From NCBI RefSeq assembly GCF_024502345.1, contig NZ_JALDNN010000001.1: a stretch of 64,000 nucleotides of DNA. The stretch is one strand, 5' to 3'. The notes under the pieces are model-generated. The model made no database searches. It was not told where the DNA came from and worked only from the letters and a program-made list of their open reading frames with translations. Source of the DNA: Escherichia coli. GTDB taxonomy: Bacteria; Pseudomonadota; Gammaproteobacteria; Enterobacterales; Enterobacteriaceae. This document shows positions 1 through 9,005 of this stretch, in pieces; positions within the stretch are counted from its first letter, which is position 1, and every line of letters begins with the position of its first letter. The position numbers and the translations under genes were made by a program.

Positions 1-240
1 ATCACTATCACACAGTTCCGGCCCGCTATGAGTGGCATGTCAGTATGCGGTGATGCGCTTAACGGTGACGAGTGGCCATTTACCTGGCGGATAAATGCGC
101 CACAAACAACGATCAAGTATTCGCTTGCTGGCGCGTCCTACTGCGGAGATCCGCTCGCATCGTGGGGCAATAAACAACTGGAGTGTTCAATCAACAAAAT
201 TGCCCCATCCCATCTGAACATCATTTTCAATTATTCATAA
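1..240 (+). CDS. 3' end of a phage structural gene (probably tail fibre), partial; reading frame is open from window start
   Basis: Frame 1 is open from position 1 to the stop at 238-240; sits directly upstream of tail-fibre-like and Tfa genes. Product assignment is by context only. Confidence 0.35.
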   Translation: MTITQFRPAMSGMSVCGDALNGDEWPFTWRINAPQTTIKYSLAGASYCGDPLASWGNKQLECSINKIAPSHLNIIFNYS

Positions 241-291
241 CTGATATTTCCCCCTCTGATTTTATCGCTTAACACTAAGTGAGGATTAACT

Positions 292-924
292 ATGCTCCGA
301 ATCGGGCAAGTCGAAGCCACTGCAACGCAGGATGGCAAATATACTGATGGAAGTGTTGCTGGTGGTATTGCCGCAACGAGGCTGCGGGCAGCAGCGTTTA
401 ATGCCATGCAGGAAGAGTTAGCGCATATCGTAGAGTCAGCAGGATTGGCGCTCGACATTAACGATATGACTCAGGTTTTAAAAGCCATTCAAAAACTCAC
501 ACTGAGCCGTGCAAACCCATTTGCCGATATCAAATCAGATGGTGCAGCGGCGATTTCTACGGCTCTCACAAACCTTGGATTGGGCGAAGCGGCGAAATGT
601 AACGTTGGAACTAGTGCTAACCAGATCCCCGATATGTCGTTTTTCACATATTCAAACGGTGTTTATAGATTCCCCAATGGGCTGATTCTGCAAATATTTA
701 ACAGGGTAACATCAACTACAGATACAACTACAGCATTTACTTTCCCTACGGTTTTTCCTGATTCATGCCACGGCATTTTTTCGACATATAACTCGGGGAC
801 AGCAGGTAACTACTACACGTTCAATAATGTGACTCCTGCGGGTGCAAATATGCAGGCGTTTCTCGGGTCGCCCACACCTACCAAGGGCGGCAGTACTGCA
901 ACAATAGTTGCGTTCGGGAGGTAA
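292..924 (+). CDS. phage tail-fibre-like / receptor-binding-module protein (210 aa), hypothetical
   Basis: ATG at 292 preceded by GAGGA; stop overlaps the start region of the downstream Tfa gene (TAATAATG). Size and position resemble short side-tail-fibre genes that pair with tfa in lambdoid cryptic prophages; called by context, not by recognised motif. Confidence 0.45.
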   Translation: MLRIGQVEATATQDGKYTDGSVAGGIAATRLRAAAFNAMQEELAHIVESAGLALDINDMTQVLKAIQKLTLSRANPFADIKSDGAAAISTALTNLGLGEAAKCNVGTSANQIPDMSFFTYSNGVYRFPNGLILQIFNRVTSTTDTTTAFTFPTVFPDSCHGIFSTYNSGTAGNYYTFNNVTPAGANMQAFLGSPTPTKGGSTATIVAFGR

Positions 925-926
925 TA

Positions 927-1352
927 ATGCAATACGCCTATAGCCAGTCGCAGAATCTGTTTTATGTGCGTGAGTGGGAGCGTGACTACGGGGATTCATG
1001 GCCTCAAGATTGCCTTGATGTATCCGACGAGCAATTCAGAGAGTTCAGTGTTGAGCAAGCACCTGGAAAGGTTCGCTCACCAGGTATTGATGGTCTTCCA
1101 TGCTGGATTGACGTGCCACCGCCAACGCAAGACGAATTAATCGCTATAGCTGCTGCAGAAAAACAGCGACTGATTGCTGCTGCTAACGAATTTATGAATG
1201 GGAAGCAATGGCCCGGTAAGGCGGCAATTGGTCGGCTGAAAGGCGATGAGTTGTCGCAGTACAACTTGTGGCTGGATTATCTCGACGCCCTAGAAGCGGT
1301 CGACACCTCCAGCGCACCAGATATCAACTGGCCTATTCAGCCGGAAGTGTAG
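927..1352 (+). CDS. tfa: phage tail fibre assembly protein (Tfa family)
   Basis: 141-aa product ends ...LDALEAVDTSSAPDINWPIQPEV, matching the conserved Tfa C-terminal motif (lambda Tfa ends ...VDTSTAPDIEWPAVPV). GGGAGG Shine-Dalgarno upstream. Confidence 0.75.
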   Translation: MQYAYSQSQNLFYVREWERDYGDSWPQDCLDVSDEQFREFSVEQAPGKVRSPGIDGLPCWIDVPPPTQDELIAIAAAEKQRLIAAANEFMNGKQWPGKAAIGRLKGDELSQYNLWLDYLDALEAVDTSSAPDINWPIQPEV

Positions 1353-1492
1353 GCCATTCCGGGTCTGCTGTATCAACGTGCATCAGCAGCACCCGGTATT
1401 TCTTTCACTCGCTTAGAGCGGTGGTTTCTTCCTCCGTCGCAATACCTGCATCAACAGCATCCTGACGCCGGTCAATCTCTGAGTCTGCCTGC

Positions 1493-1520
1493 GCTCGTAA
1501 ACCAACCTTTTTTATAACCA
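1493..1520. other. candidate Hin/Gin/Pin-family crossover site (hix/gix-like)
   Basis: CTCGTAAACCAACCTTTTTTATAACC resembles gix (TTCCTGTAAACCGAGGTTTTGGATAA), about 60 bp upstream of the invertase gene. The match is imperfect and no partner site was found in the window. Confidence 0.3.
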
Positions 1521-1576
1521 TCAAAAATCTGGTGATGCTTCGCCGTTTCTCCTGTTTTCATAACAGGAGAAATCCC

Positions 1577-2131
1577 ATGATTTACGGTTATGCCCGAGTA
1601 TCAACAAACCACCAGGACACTGAATTGCAACTAACGGCGCTCAAGTCAGCGGGTTGTGAGAAAATTTTTGAAGAGCATGCCAGCGGGAGGAAATCGAATC
1701 GGCCGGTTCTAAAACGGCTCATCGCCACTATGCAGCCGGGGGATGAACTGGTGGTATGGAAACTAGATCGCCTCGGGCGAAGCATGCGAAATTTAGTGCT
1801 GCTGGTCGACGAACTCCGACAGCGGGGCATTCACTTTAAGAGCCTCACGGACAGCATTGATACATCAAGTCCAATGGGGCGTTTTATATTTCACATCATG
1901 TCAGCGCTGGCGGAAATGGAAAGAGAGTTAATCGTCGAACGCACCCGGGCTGGATTAGCGGCTGCGCGGGAAAAAGGGAGAATAGGTGGCAGACGTCCAA
2001 AATTAACTCCCGAGCAATGGGCACAGGCTGGGAGATTAATATTAAACGGCGTGGATAGAAAACAAGTGGCAATAATTTATGATGTCGCTGTATGCACGCT
2101 TTATAAAAAATTTCCGGTGGGGCAGGCTTAA
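1577..2131 (+). CDS. pin: site-specific DNA invertase, serine recombinase (Pin/Gin/Hin/Cin family)
   Basis: 184-aa product starting MIYGYARVSTNHQDTELQ, with the catalytic Ser in YARVST and a C-terminal HTH; AGGAGA Shine-Dalgarno 7 nt upstream. The longer ORF from 1532 is an in-frame upstream Met. Confidence 0.9.
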   Translation: MIYGYARVSTNHQDTELQLTALKSAGCEKIFEEHASGRKSNRPVLKRLIATMQPGDELVVWKLDRLGRSMRNLVLLVDELRQRGIHFKSLTDSIDTSSPMGRFIFHIMSALAEMERELIVERTRAGLAAAREKGRIGGRRPKLTPEQWAQAGRLILNGVDRKQVAIIYDVAVCTLYKKFPVGQA

Positions 2132-2173
2132 ATGATAAAAGGGCAGCTGCTAGATAGGCTGCCCGTCAAAGTA

Positions 2174-2437
2174 TTATCCATTTTGCCGGACAGTTGGAAA
2201 TTCAGACGTCAGCCACATGTCAGATTCATCAAACATTTCCTCCAGCATACGGTTCAGCTTTTCCCGATCACTTTTGCTGGCATCACTATTTAAGCCGTTC
2301 GCCTGCATCGGCTTTACCTTCACTTCGGCATCAGGAAAAATCTGGTGCACCCGCTTCGTTAGTTCAGCCAGGATGATCTCTCTGGCCCCTTGGAGTCCTT
2401 CAACATTTCGCTTGTCATAAACCAGTTCAACAAACAT
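2174..2437 (-). CDS. dinI: DinI-family DNA-damage-inducible protein (prophage-encoded)
   Basis: 87-aa product MFVELVYDKRNVEGLQGAREIILAELTKRVHQIFPDAEVKVKP...DMWLTSE matches the DinI family in length and sequence; LexA box about 60 bp upstream. Confidence 0.8.
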   Translation of the reverse strand: MFVELVYDKRNVEGLQGAREIILAELTKRVHQIFPDAEVKVKPMQANGLNSDASKSDREKLNRMLEEMFDESDMWLTSEFPTVRQNG

Positions 2438-2495
2438 ACCGATCCTCTCATAAGTGAAAATTGCCTGTGCTTGATCTGTTTTTATAAAAATACTA

Positions 2496-2511
2496 CTGTA
2501 TATGCATACAG
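2496..2511. promoter_or_regulatory. LexA (SOS) box, CTGTATATGCATACAG
   Basis: Perfect CTGT-N8-ACAG palindrome with AT-rich spacer, between the divergent dinI-like gene and the two-gene cassette. A possible sigma70 promoter (TTGATC-17-TACTGT) for the plus-strand cassette ends just upstream of the box. Confidence 0.65.
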
Positions 2512-2536
2512 TCAATAAGCGAGTGAGGGTGCGTTC

Positions 2537-2776
2537 ATGCCTCGTCAACCGGATATTCGTGCTGCTTTTATTGCGGCCATACAGCAAAACCCGAAGGGCT
2601 ATCTCTGCCTGCATACAGACAGATTCATCGCTGAACTGCAGGAGAGGCGCTGGCACTTCAGCCAGGCGGATGCAAATTCATGGATCGAACGATACCAGCC
2701 AGACTTCGCCGATAAGACGACAAACGGAAGTGAGAACCGATACTGGATCCTGCGTAACATGGGGAGGGTTTTCTAA
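2537..2776 (+). CDS. hypothetical small protein (79 aa), first gene of a coupled two-gene cassette
   Basis: ATG with GAGGG Shine-Dalgarno 7 nt upstream; stop overlaps the start of the next ORF (TAATG). Soluble, Trp-rich, no recognisable family. Confidence 0.45.
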   Translation: MPRQPDIRAAFIAAIQQNPKGYLCLHTDRFIAELQERRWHFSQADANSWIERYQPDFADKTTNGSENRYWILRNMGRVF

Positions 2777-3096
2777 TGGGGTTTCCATCGCCAGCCATGG
2801 ATTACCAGGAGCAGCGCATGACAATAGATGTTATCTGTGGTGTAGATAACAACTGCCGGGTTATTGAAACTTCATGCGGCTGGGCCGTTATAAACGTCAG
2901 TCTTAAGCCAGAAGGAGGGGATACGTTGCTGGTTAGCATGGACGGGAGAAACCAGTTCGTGAAGCTAATGGGCCACGCGCTGATCACTCAAGATGGTGAA
3001 GCGATAGAAGGGGAAGCTTTGAATGACGTAACGGTACACGGCGTTCTAACACATACACTTAACCAAGTTAAGGACGATAAATCGCCTGTAATGTAG
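2776..3096 (+). CDS. hypothetical acidic protein (106 aa), second gene of the coupled cassette
   Basis: ATG overlaps the upstream stop by 1 nt; GGGGAGGG Shine-Dalgarno upstream; followed by a hairpin terminator. No recognisable family; alternative in-frame start at 2797 (MDYQEQ). Confidence 0.45.
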   Translation: MGFPSPAMDYQEQRMTIDVICGVDNNCRVIETSCGWAVINVSLKPEGGDTLLVSMDGRNQFVKLMGHALITQDGEAIEGEALNDVTVHGVLTHTLNQVKDDKSPVM

Positions 3097-3161
3097 CGTG
3101 TAAATGTCGGGGGTTATTCCCCCATTTTTCCCCAATGATTCCCCGTACAAATTTCAAACAT

Positions 3162-3190
3162 AAAAAAACCAGCCGTAAGAGGCTGGTTTT
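3162..3190 (-). terminator. rho-independent terminator downstream of proL (probably bidirectional)
   Basis: CCAGCC-GTAAGA-GGCTGG hairpin flanked by an A-run on the plus strand and a T-run on the minus strand, directly 3' of the tRNA and 3' of the plus-strand cassette. Confidence 0.6.
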
Positions 3191-3201
3191 CAATGTGTTT
3201 T

Positions 3202-3278
3202 TGGTCGGCACGAGAGGATTTGAACCTCCGACCCCCGACACCCCATGACGGTGCGCTACCAGGCTGCGCTACGTGCCG
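3202..3278 (-). tRNA. proL: tRNA-Pro (anticodon GGG)
   Basis: Reverse complement reads CGGCACGTAGCGCAGCCTGGTAGCGCACCGTCATGGGGTGTCGGGGGTCGGAGGTTCAAATCCTCTCGTGCCGACCA: 77 nt, cloverleaf-compatible, encoded CCA end. Confidence 0.95.
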
Positions 3279-3352
3279 ACTCGTGGCTGCTAATACTACC
3301 GTTTTCCACACCGATTGCAAGTAAGATATTTCGCTAACTGATTTATAATTAA

Positions 3353-5113
3353 TCAGTTAGCGATAAAACGCTTCTCGTCTGTCAGTACTTGCAATAACAA
3401 ACTTAACTGTGGTTTTTCATCTTTCACTCTTTCACCACGTAAGTTGTAAGTGCGGTATTTACCGTTATTGTTCAGCACCAGCGTCTTTTTCGGAGTGGTA
3501 ATTGCCAGCGTATCGTTATCCGCTGCGGTAACCCAGTAATGACGGCGTTGAGGGTTGAACAAATCCTGACCTTGCGAATATTCGCTGGCAGGTGTGCTGA
3601 CATGTAGCAGGCGTTGCATCAGCGTCGTCATCAGATCGGTATGATCAGTCAGAGCATTAATACGCTGCGCCGGCGTGCCTGGCCAGTGAATCACTAATGG
3701 CACCTGCAGATGACCGTGGGACCAGTCAAAGGTTTCTTCCTCTTCGCTCAGTGGAATACCCCGAGCGGCAGTGATAATCACCACCGTATTGTCCAGTTTG
3801 CCAGAATCACGCAGTGCATTGAGCACACGGTTGATCTGGTCATCGACATTGCCTGCCGCCCGGCTATATTTCCGTGCAAATGCCTGCTGATTGCTGTCGT
3901 CAATGTTAGTACCATTGAAAGAGACCCACGAGAACCAGCGGTTATCTTCTTGTGCGTAGCGTCCCAGCCAGTTGATCCACTGCGTGGCGGTCTGCTCGTC
4001 GGATTGGGTGCGTACGCTCGGCATCGAGAAATCTGACAACAATGCCTGGCGATACAGCGGGCTGGTAAAGCCATCTGATGAGAATAACCCCAGCTGATAG
4101 CCTTGCTGATTAAGCGCAGTAATTAATGCCGCAGGCGTACGGGTCGACAGAATGCCGTCCATATAGCTCGGCGAGATGCCATAGAACAGGCCAAAGATGC
4201 CGTTGTCTGTAGTGTTGCCGGAGCTCATATGGCGCGTGAACGAAATATTTTGCTCAGCAAAACCTGCCAGCGCAGGCATCTGCTTCTCGAAGCGTGAGTA
4301 GTTCAGGCCATCGACAGTAATCAACAGCACATTCTGCCCGGTGCCCATATCGCGATAGCGCAGTTCGCTTAACGGATACTGAACGGAAACGGCGTCTGGA
4401 TTACCTTGCTCAATAAGACGGCGTTGATACTCCTGCGCATCAAGCAGGCCATGCTTCTCAAGAAAACGTCGCGCCGTCATCGGGTACGAAAGCGGCAGGT
4501 TAGCGCGCTGCATGGTGATAGGGCGATAGAAGTTGGCATCGGCCCAGATATACACCACATGCGAGGCGATAAAGGCGATAAATAAGAATGCGGCCAGCGG
4601 GCGCGCGAAGCGTCGACGACGCGTCAGGCTGCGCAGCTTTTGCCAGCTCCACGTCGCAAACACCAGTTCAAGCAATAAAATAACCGGCACGCTGATGAAC
4701 ATCAGCTGCCAGTCGCGCGCCATCTCATTTTCGTCTGGGTTGATAACCAGTTGCCAGACGATGGGATTAAGATGGAGATGGAAACGAGTAAAGACTTCGC
4801 TATCGATCAGTAATAGCGTCATTCCCGCCGTTGCCAGAATGACGGACAAAAACCTCATCAGCCTCTGGGAGCCGACGATAAAGGTCAGCGGGAAGAGGAT
4901 CAGCAAGTAGGTGGCGAACACCAGGAAGCTGAAATGGCCGATAATGCTTACGTAGGAATAAATGCGACCAGCAAGCGTGGTCGGCCAGTCGGCGATAAAC
5001 AGGTAACGGCTGCCAATGACGAGCGAAAGCAGAATATTGAACAGTGCAAACCAGTGCCCCCAACTGACCATCTGGGAGACTTTTTCACGGTAGCGCTGAC
5101 GATGAGTTACCAT
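3353..5113 (-). CDS. yejM: inner-membrane cardiolipin transport / LPS-regulation protein PbgA (YejM)
   Basis: 586-aa ORF recognised as YejM; conserved position upstream of proL. Confidence 0.9.
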   Translation of the reverse strand: MVTHRQRYREKVSQMVSWGHWFALFNILLSLVIGSRYLFIADWPTTLAGRIYSYVSIIGHFSFLVFATYLLILFPLTFIVGSQRLMRFLSVILATAGMTLLLIDSEVFTRFHLHLNPIVWQLVINPDENEMARDWQLMFISVPVILLLELVFATWSWQKLRSLTRRRRFARPLAAFLFIAFIASHVVYIWADANFYRPITMQRANLPLSYPMTARRFLEKHGLLDAQEYQRRLIEQGNPDAVSVQYPLSELRYRDMGTGQNVLLITVDGLNYSRFEKQMPALAGFAEQNISFTRHMSSGNTTDNGIFGLFYGISPSYMDGILSTRTPAALITALNQQGYQLGLFSSDGFTSPLYRQALLSDFSMPSVRTQSDEQTATQWINWLGRYAQEDNRWFSWVSFNGTNIDDSNQQAFARKYSRAAGNVDDQINRVLNALRDSGKLDNTVVIITAARGIPLSEEEETFDWSHGHLQVPLVIHWPGTPAQRINALTDHTDLMTTLMQRLLHVSTPASEYSQGQDLFNPQRRHYWVTAADNDTLAITTPKKTLVLNNNGKYRTYNLRGERVKDEKPQLSLLLQVLTDEKRFIAN

Positions 5114-5132
5114 AACCTGTTATCTGTTTCCC

Positions 5133-5360
5133 TTAGTGCGCTTTGTCTTCGTTGATAGAGGACTGTAATGCGCGGGCAAAAGAGTTGGCAATTGCCTGGC
5201 GTTGGGCCGGGGCAATGCTGGTGTTGATAAGGTTAGTGACCATGTTGCCTAACACCATCAGGGAAAGGTCGGTCGGAGCCTTATGTTTTTCCAGTACGTT
5301 GAGCAGCTCTGCGAGCAATTGTTCAACCTGTTCATCACTGTAGCGGGAAATTTGTGGCAT
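5133..5360 (-). CDS. yejL: UPF0352 protein YejL
   Basis: 75-aa ORF recognised as YejL. Confidence 0.85.
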
Positions 5361-5541
5361 AAATCGAAATCAGTTAGTTGATGAAAGGGCAACATATTAC
5401 CGTAGCAACGGTTTTTTTTCTGCTTTTTTATGCGTTAAATCATTCTCGTTACGCTGCCTTCTGTAAAATGACCGCCATCTTTTATTGCGTCGCTTAACCG
5501 GCGGTGGTTGAATACCGCCCGGTCTTAAAGGAGAGTTTATC

Positions 5542-6549
5542 ATGAGTCTGGATATCAACCAGATTGCTCTGCACCAGCTTATCAAGCGTAATGAGCAGAA
5601 CCTTGAGCTGGTGTTGCGCGATTCATTGCTGGAACCGACAGAAACCGTCGTTGAGATGGTGGCAGAACTGCATCGGGTCTATAGCACCAAAAATAAAGCT
5701 TACGGCTTGTTTAGCGAAGAGAGTGAACTGGCGCAGACGCTGCGCTTACAGCGTCAGGGCGAAGAGGACTTTCTGGCATTTAGCCGCGCGGCAACCGGTC
5801 GCCTGCGTGACGAATTAGCGAAATATCCTTTTGCTGACGGTGGATTCGTGCTGTTTTGTCACTACCGTTATCTGGCGGTGGAGTATTTGCTGGTGGCAGT
5901 TCTGAGCAACCTGAGCAGTATGCGCGTTAACGAAAATCTCGACATCAACCCAACCCATTATCTTGATATCAATCATGCGGATATTGTTGCGCGTATCGAT
6001 TTAACCGAATGGGAAACCAATCCAGAGTCCACCCGCTATCTCACTTTCCTGAAAGGGCGAGTAGGGCGCAAAGTGGCGGATTTCTTTATGGATTTCCTCG
6101 GGGCCAGCGAAGGTTTAAACGCGAAAGCGCAAAACCGTGGGCTGTTGCAAGCGGTTGATGATTTCACTGCCGAAGCACAACTGGATAAAGCAGAGCGACA
6201 GAACGTGCGCCAGCAGGTTTATAGCTACTGTAATGGGCAGCTGCAGGCAGGCGAAGAGATCGAACTGGAGTCGCTGTCGAAAGAGCTGGCAGGCGTCAGC
6301 GAAGTGAGCTTCACGGAGTTTGCGGCTGAAAAAGGCTACGAACTGGAAGAGAGCTTCCCGACAGACCGTAGCACACTGCGTCAGTTGACGAAGTTTGCCG
6401 GTAGCGGCGGTGGCTTGACTATTAACTTTGATGCGATGCTGTTAGGTGAACGCATCTTCTGGGATCCAGCAACCGATACCTTGACCATTAAAGGCACGCC
6501 GCCGAATTTGCGCGACCAATTGCAGCGCCGGACGTCTGGCGGCAATTAA
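5542..6549 (+). CDS. yejK: nucleoid-associated protein YejK (NdpA)
   Basis: 335-aa ORF recognised as YejK. Confidence 0.9.
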   Translation: MSLDINQIALHQLIKRNEQNLELVLRDSLLEPTETVVEMVAELHRVYSTKNKAYGLFSEESELAQTLRLQRQGEEDFLAFSRAATGRLRDELAKYPFADGGFVLFCHYRYLAVEYLLVAVLSNLSSMRVNENLDINPTHYLDINHADIVARIDLTEWETNPESTRYLTFLKGRVGRKVADFFMDFLGASEGLNAKAQNRGLLQAVDDFTAEAQLDKAERQNVRQQVYSYCNGQLQAGEEIELESLSKELAGVSEVSFTEFAAEKGYELEESFPTDRSTLRQLTKFAGSGGGLTINFDAMLLGERIFWDPATDTLTIKGTPPNLRDQLQRRTSGGN

Positions 6550-6568
6550 TCGGTTTTGTGTTCTGAAT

Positions 6569-6602
6569 GCCAGATGCGGCGTGAACGCCTTATCTGGCCT
6601 GC
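6569..6602. repeat. REP-like palindromic element
   Basis: GCCAGATGCGGCGTGAACGCCTTATCTGGCCTGC, imperfect palindrome typical of REP/PU units. Confidence 0.55.
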
Positions 6603-6642
6603 AAAAAATAGCAATACCGTAATCAGCATAATCTGCAGATAC

Positions 6643-6670
6643 AAAAAACCCCGCCGGAGCGGGGTTTTTT
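6643..6670. terminator. bidirectional rho-independent terminator between convergent yejK and rplY
   Basis: AAAAAA-CCCCGCCGGAGCGGGG-TTTTTT: GC hairpin flanked by A-run and T-run. Confidence 0.85.
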
Positions 6671-6686
6671 ACAACTTATTCAGCAA

Positions 6687-7079
<393 letters not shown>

Positions 7080-7095
7080 TCAATCAAAACTACCA

Positions 7096-8856
7096 TTAAC
7101 CGCGTAATTCGTGCGCCCGACGAAAACGACCTTCGTAATCGAACACTTTTTCACGCACTTGCCAGTACTGACCTTTCATGCGGGCGACGACAAAATCCGG
7201 ATGTCGCAGTAAGGCTTGCTGGGCGAGGATATCGGCGGCGGTGATCCAGCGCAGAGGGATGCCCGGTGTGCGCGTATGCGGGCGGATAAAAAGCTGCTCG
7301 AAGGCAGTTCGCTGGGCGGGCGTTTGCAGACGGAAACGCTCACTCACATCCGCGCCGTCTTCATCGTAATAGGTGATTTTCAACCATTCGCCTTTCTCGT
7401 CGTGCCCATGCTGCAAAGACATGCCGCTACAGCGTAATACCAGCGCGTCTTTCAGTCGTAGCGCCGCTTTTAACATATCGTCAGGATCAACCAGTACCGT
7501 GTCACATTCGCGGCAGCGGCGAGCGGCAATATCATTTTCTGCGTTACATTGCGGGCAATTTTTAAAACGGAAACGGAAGTCACACTGTTCGCGATGACCG
7601 TCGTCATCTTCAAACCATCCCTGGCAGCGGCGACCAAAGTGTTCAATCAATGTTCCGTCAGCGGTCGTTTTCCCCCAAAAGGTGTTAGCAAAGCCGCAGG
7701 CAGGGCAGAAAACCTGTACCGGAACGTTGTCACTTTTGCCTTTCGGTGTACCAACTTCCGGCGCGTAGAGGTCGTGAGGATTACCCGCATAATCAAGAAT
7801 TAAGCAATCAGTCTTGCCAGGAGCGAGACGCAGACCGCGCCCGACAATCTGTTGGTAAAGACTCACTGATTCGGTAGGGCGCAGAATGGCGATAAGATCG
7901 ACGTGCGGGGCGTCAAATCCGGTGGTCAGTACCGCGACGTTGACCAGATAGCGAAAACGCTGGGCTTTAAAATTTTCAATTAACACATCGCGCTCAGCGC
8001 CGGGGGTGTCGCCAGTAATCAGTGCAGCATCTTCGGCGGGTAGTAATCCCACAATCTCTTTTGCGTGTTCAACGGTGGCGGCGAAAATCATCACCCCTTT
8101 GCGCGTTGCAGCAAACTCCATAATCTGGCTGATGATGTGCGGGGTAATACGTTGTTGTTTTTTTAGCTCGCGGTTGAGATCGGCTTCGCTGAACAGCCCA
8201 TTACTCTGTGCCTGCAAGCGGCTGAAATCGTATTGCACTACTGGCATATCCAGTCGTTCTGGCGGCGTCAGATAGCCGTGTTTAATCATATAACGCAGCG
8301 GCAGTTCATAAATGCAGTCACGGAAAAGGGCTTTCTCATCGCCGCGTACCATGCCGTGATAATGGAACTGGTAGATCCAGCCTTTGCCCAGTCGAAAAGG
8401 CGTGGCAGTCAGCCCCAGCAGGCGTAAGTGGGGATTCACTTTTGTCAGGTGAGTGAGGATTTGCTGATACTGGCTCTCTTCATCGTCACCAATACGGTGA
8501 CATTCATCGACAATCAACAGCGAAAATTCACCCTGAAAGGCATCAAGATTACGGGCGACCGACTGCACGCTGCCAAATACCACTTTACCGTGGCTCTCTT
8601 TGCGCTTTAGCCCGGCGGCAAAAATATCGGCTTCCAGCCCCAGCGCCTGATACTTTGCATGGTTTTGCGCCACCAGTTCTTTAACGTGTGCCAGCACCAG
8701 TACGCGACCACGAGCCAGCCGTGCCAGTTCCGCTATCACCAGGCTTTTACCTGCGCCGGTGGGCAGCACGATAACGGCAGGGGTTTTATGACGACGAAAA
8801 TGGTTGAGCGTGGCATCCACGGCTTCTTGCTGATATGGGCGAAGTGTAAAAATCAT
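7096..8856 (-). CDS. radD: ATP-dependent helicase RadD (YejH), superfamily 2
   Basis: 586-aa ORF with Walker A (LPTGAGKS) and DECH box; recognised as YejH/RadD. Confidence 0.9.
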   Translation of the reverse strand: MIFTLRPYQQEAVDATLNHFRRHKTPAVIVLPTGAGKSLVIAELARLARGRVLVLAHVKELVAQNHAKYQALGLEADIFAAGLKRKESHGKVVFGSVQSVARNLDAFQGEFSLLIVDECHRIGDDEESQYQQILTHLTKVNPHLRLLGLTATPFRLGKGWIYQFHYHGMVRGDEKALFRDCIYELPLRYMIKHGYLTPPERLDMPVVQYDFSRLQAQSNGLFSEADLNRELKKQQRITPHIISQIMEFAATRKGVMIFAATVEHAKEIVGLLPAEDAALITGDTPGAERDVLIENFKAQRFRYLVNVAVLTTGFDAPHVDLIAILRPTESVSLYQQIVGRGLRLAPGKTDCLILDYAGNPHDLYAPEVGTPKGKSDNVPVQVFCPACGFANTFWGKTTADGTLIEHFGRRCQGWFEDDDGHREQCDFRFRFKNCPQCNAENDIAARRCRECDTVLVDPDDMLKAALRLKDALVLRCSGMSLQHGHDEKGEWLKITYYDEDGADVSERFRLQTPAQRTAFEQLFIRPHTRTPGIPLRWITAADILAQQALLRHPDFVVARMKGQYWQVREKVFDYEGRFRRAHELRG

Positions 8857-9005
8857 GGTCTCGCGTAGGTAGATTATTCTGCTAATAGTATGCCACGGAT
8901 CTTTTTCCCTTGAGGGATGTTATTAGACCGCTATACTGGGCAGACAACAGTTCAGATTTTCGGGTCATTACCCGACCTCCGTTTTTTACAGGCAAAATCA
9001 CACAC

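Noticed and set aside
292-1520. Complete invertible tail-fibre segment contained within the window
   Set aside because: No opposed tail-fibre or tfa ORFs on the minus strand, and no convincing inverted partner for the candidate crossover site within 1-1500.
2502-2849. 115-aa ORF in an alternative frame across the two-gene cassette
   Set aside because: Overlaps both cassette ORFs out of frame, has no ribosome-binding site and spans the LexA box; the 79-aa and 106-aa ORFs have much better start contexts and coupling geometry.
1-3202. Integrase gene adjacent to proL
   Set aside because: No tyrosine-recombinase-like ORF between the tRNA and the left window edge; the only recombinase is the serine invertase.
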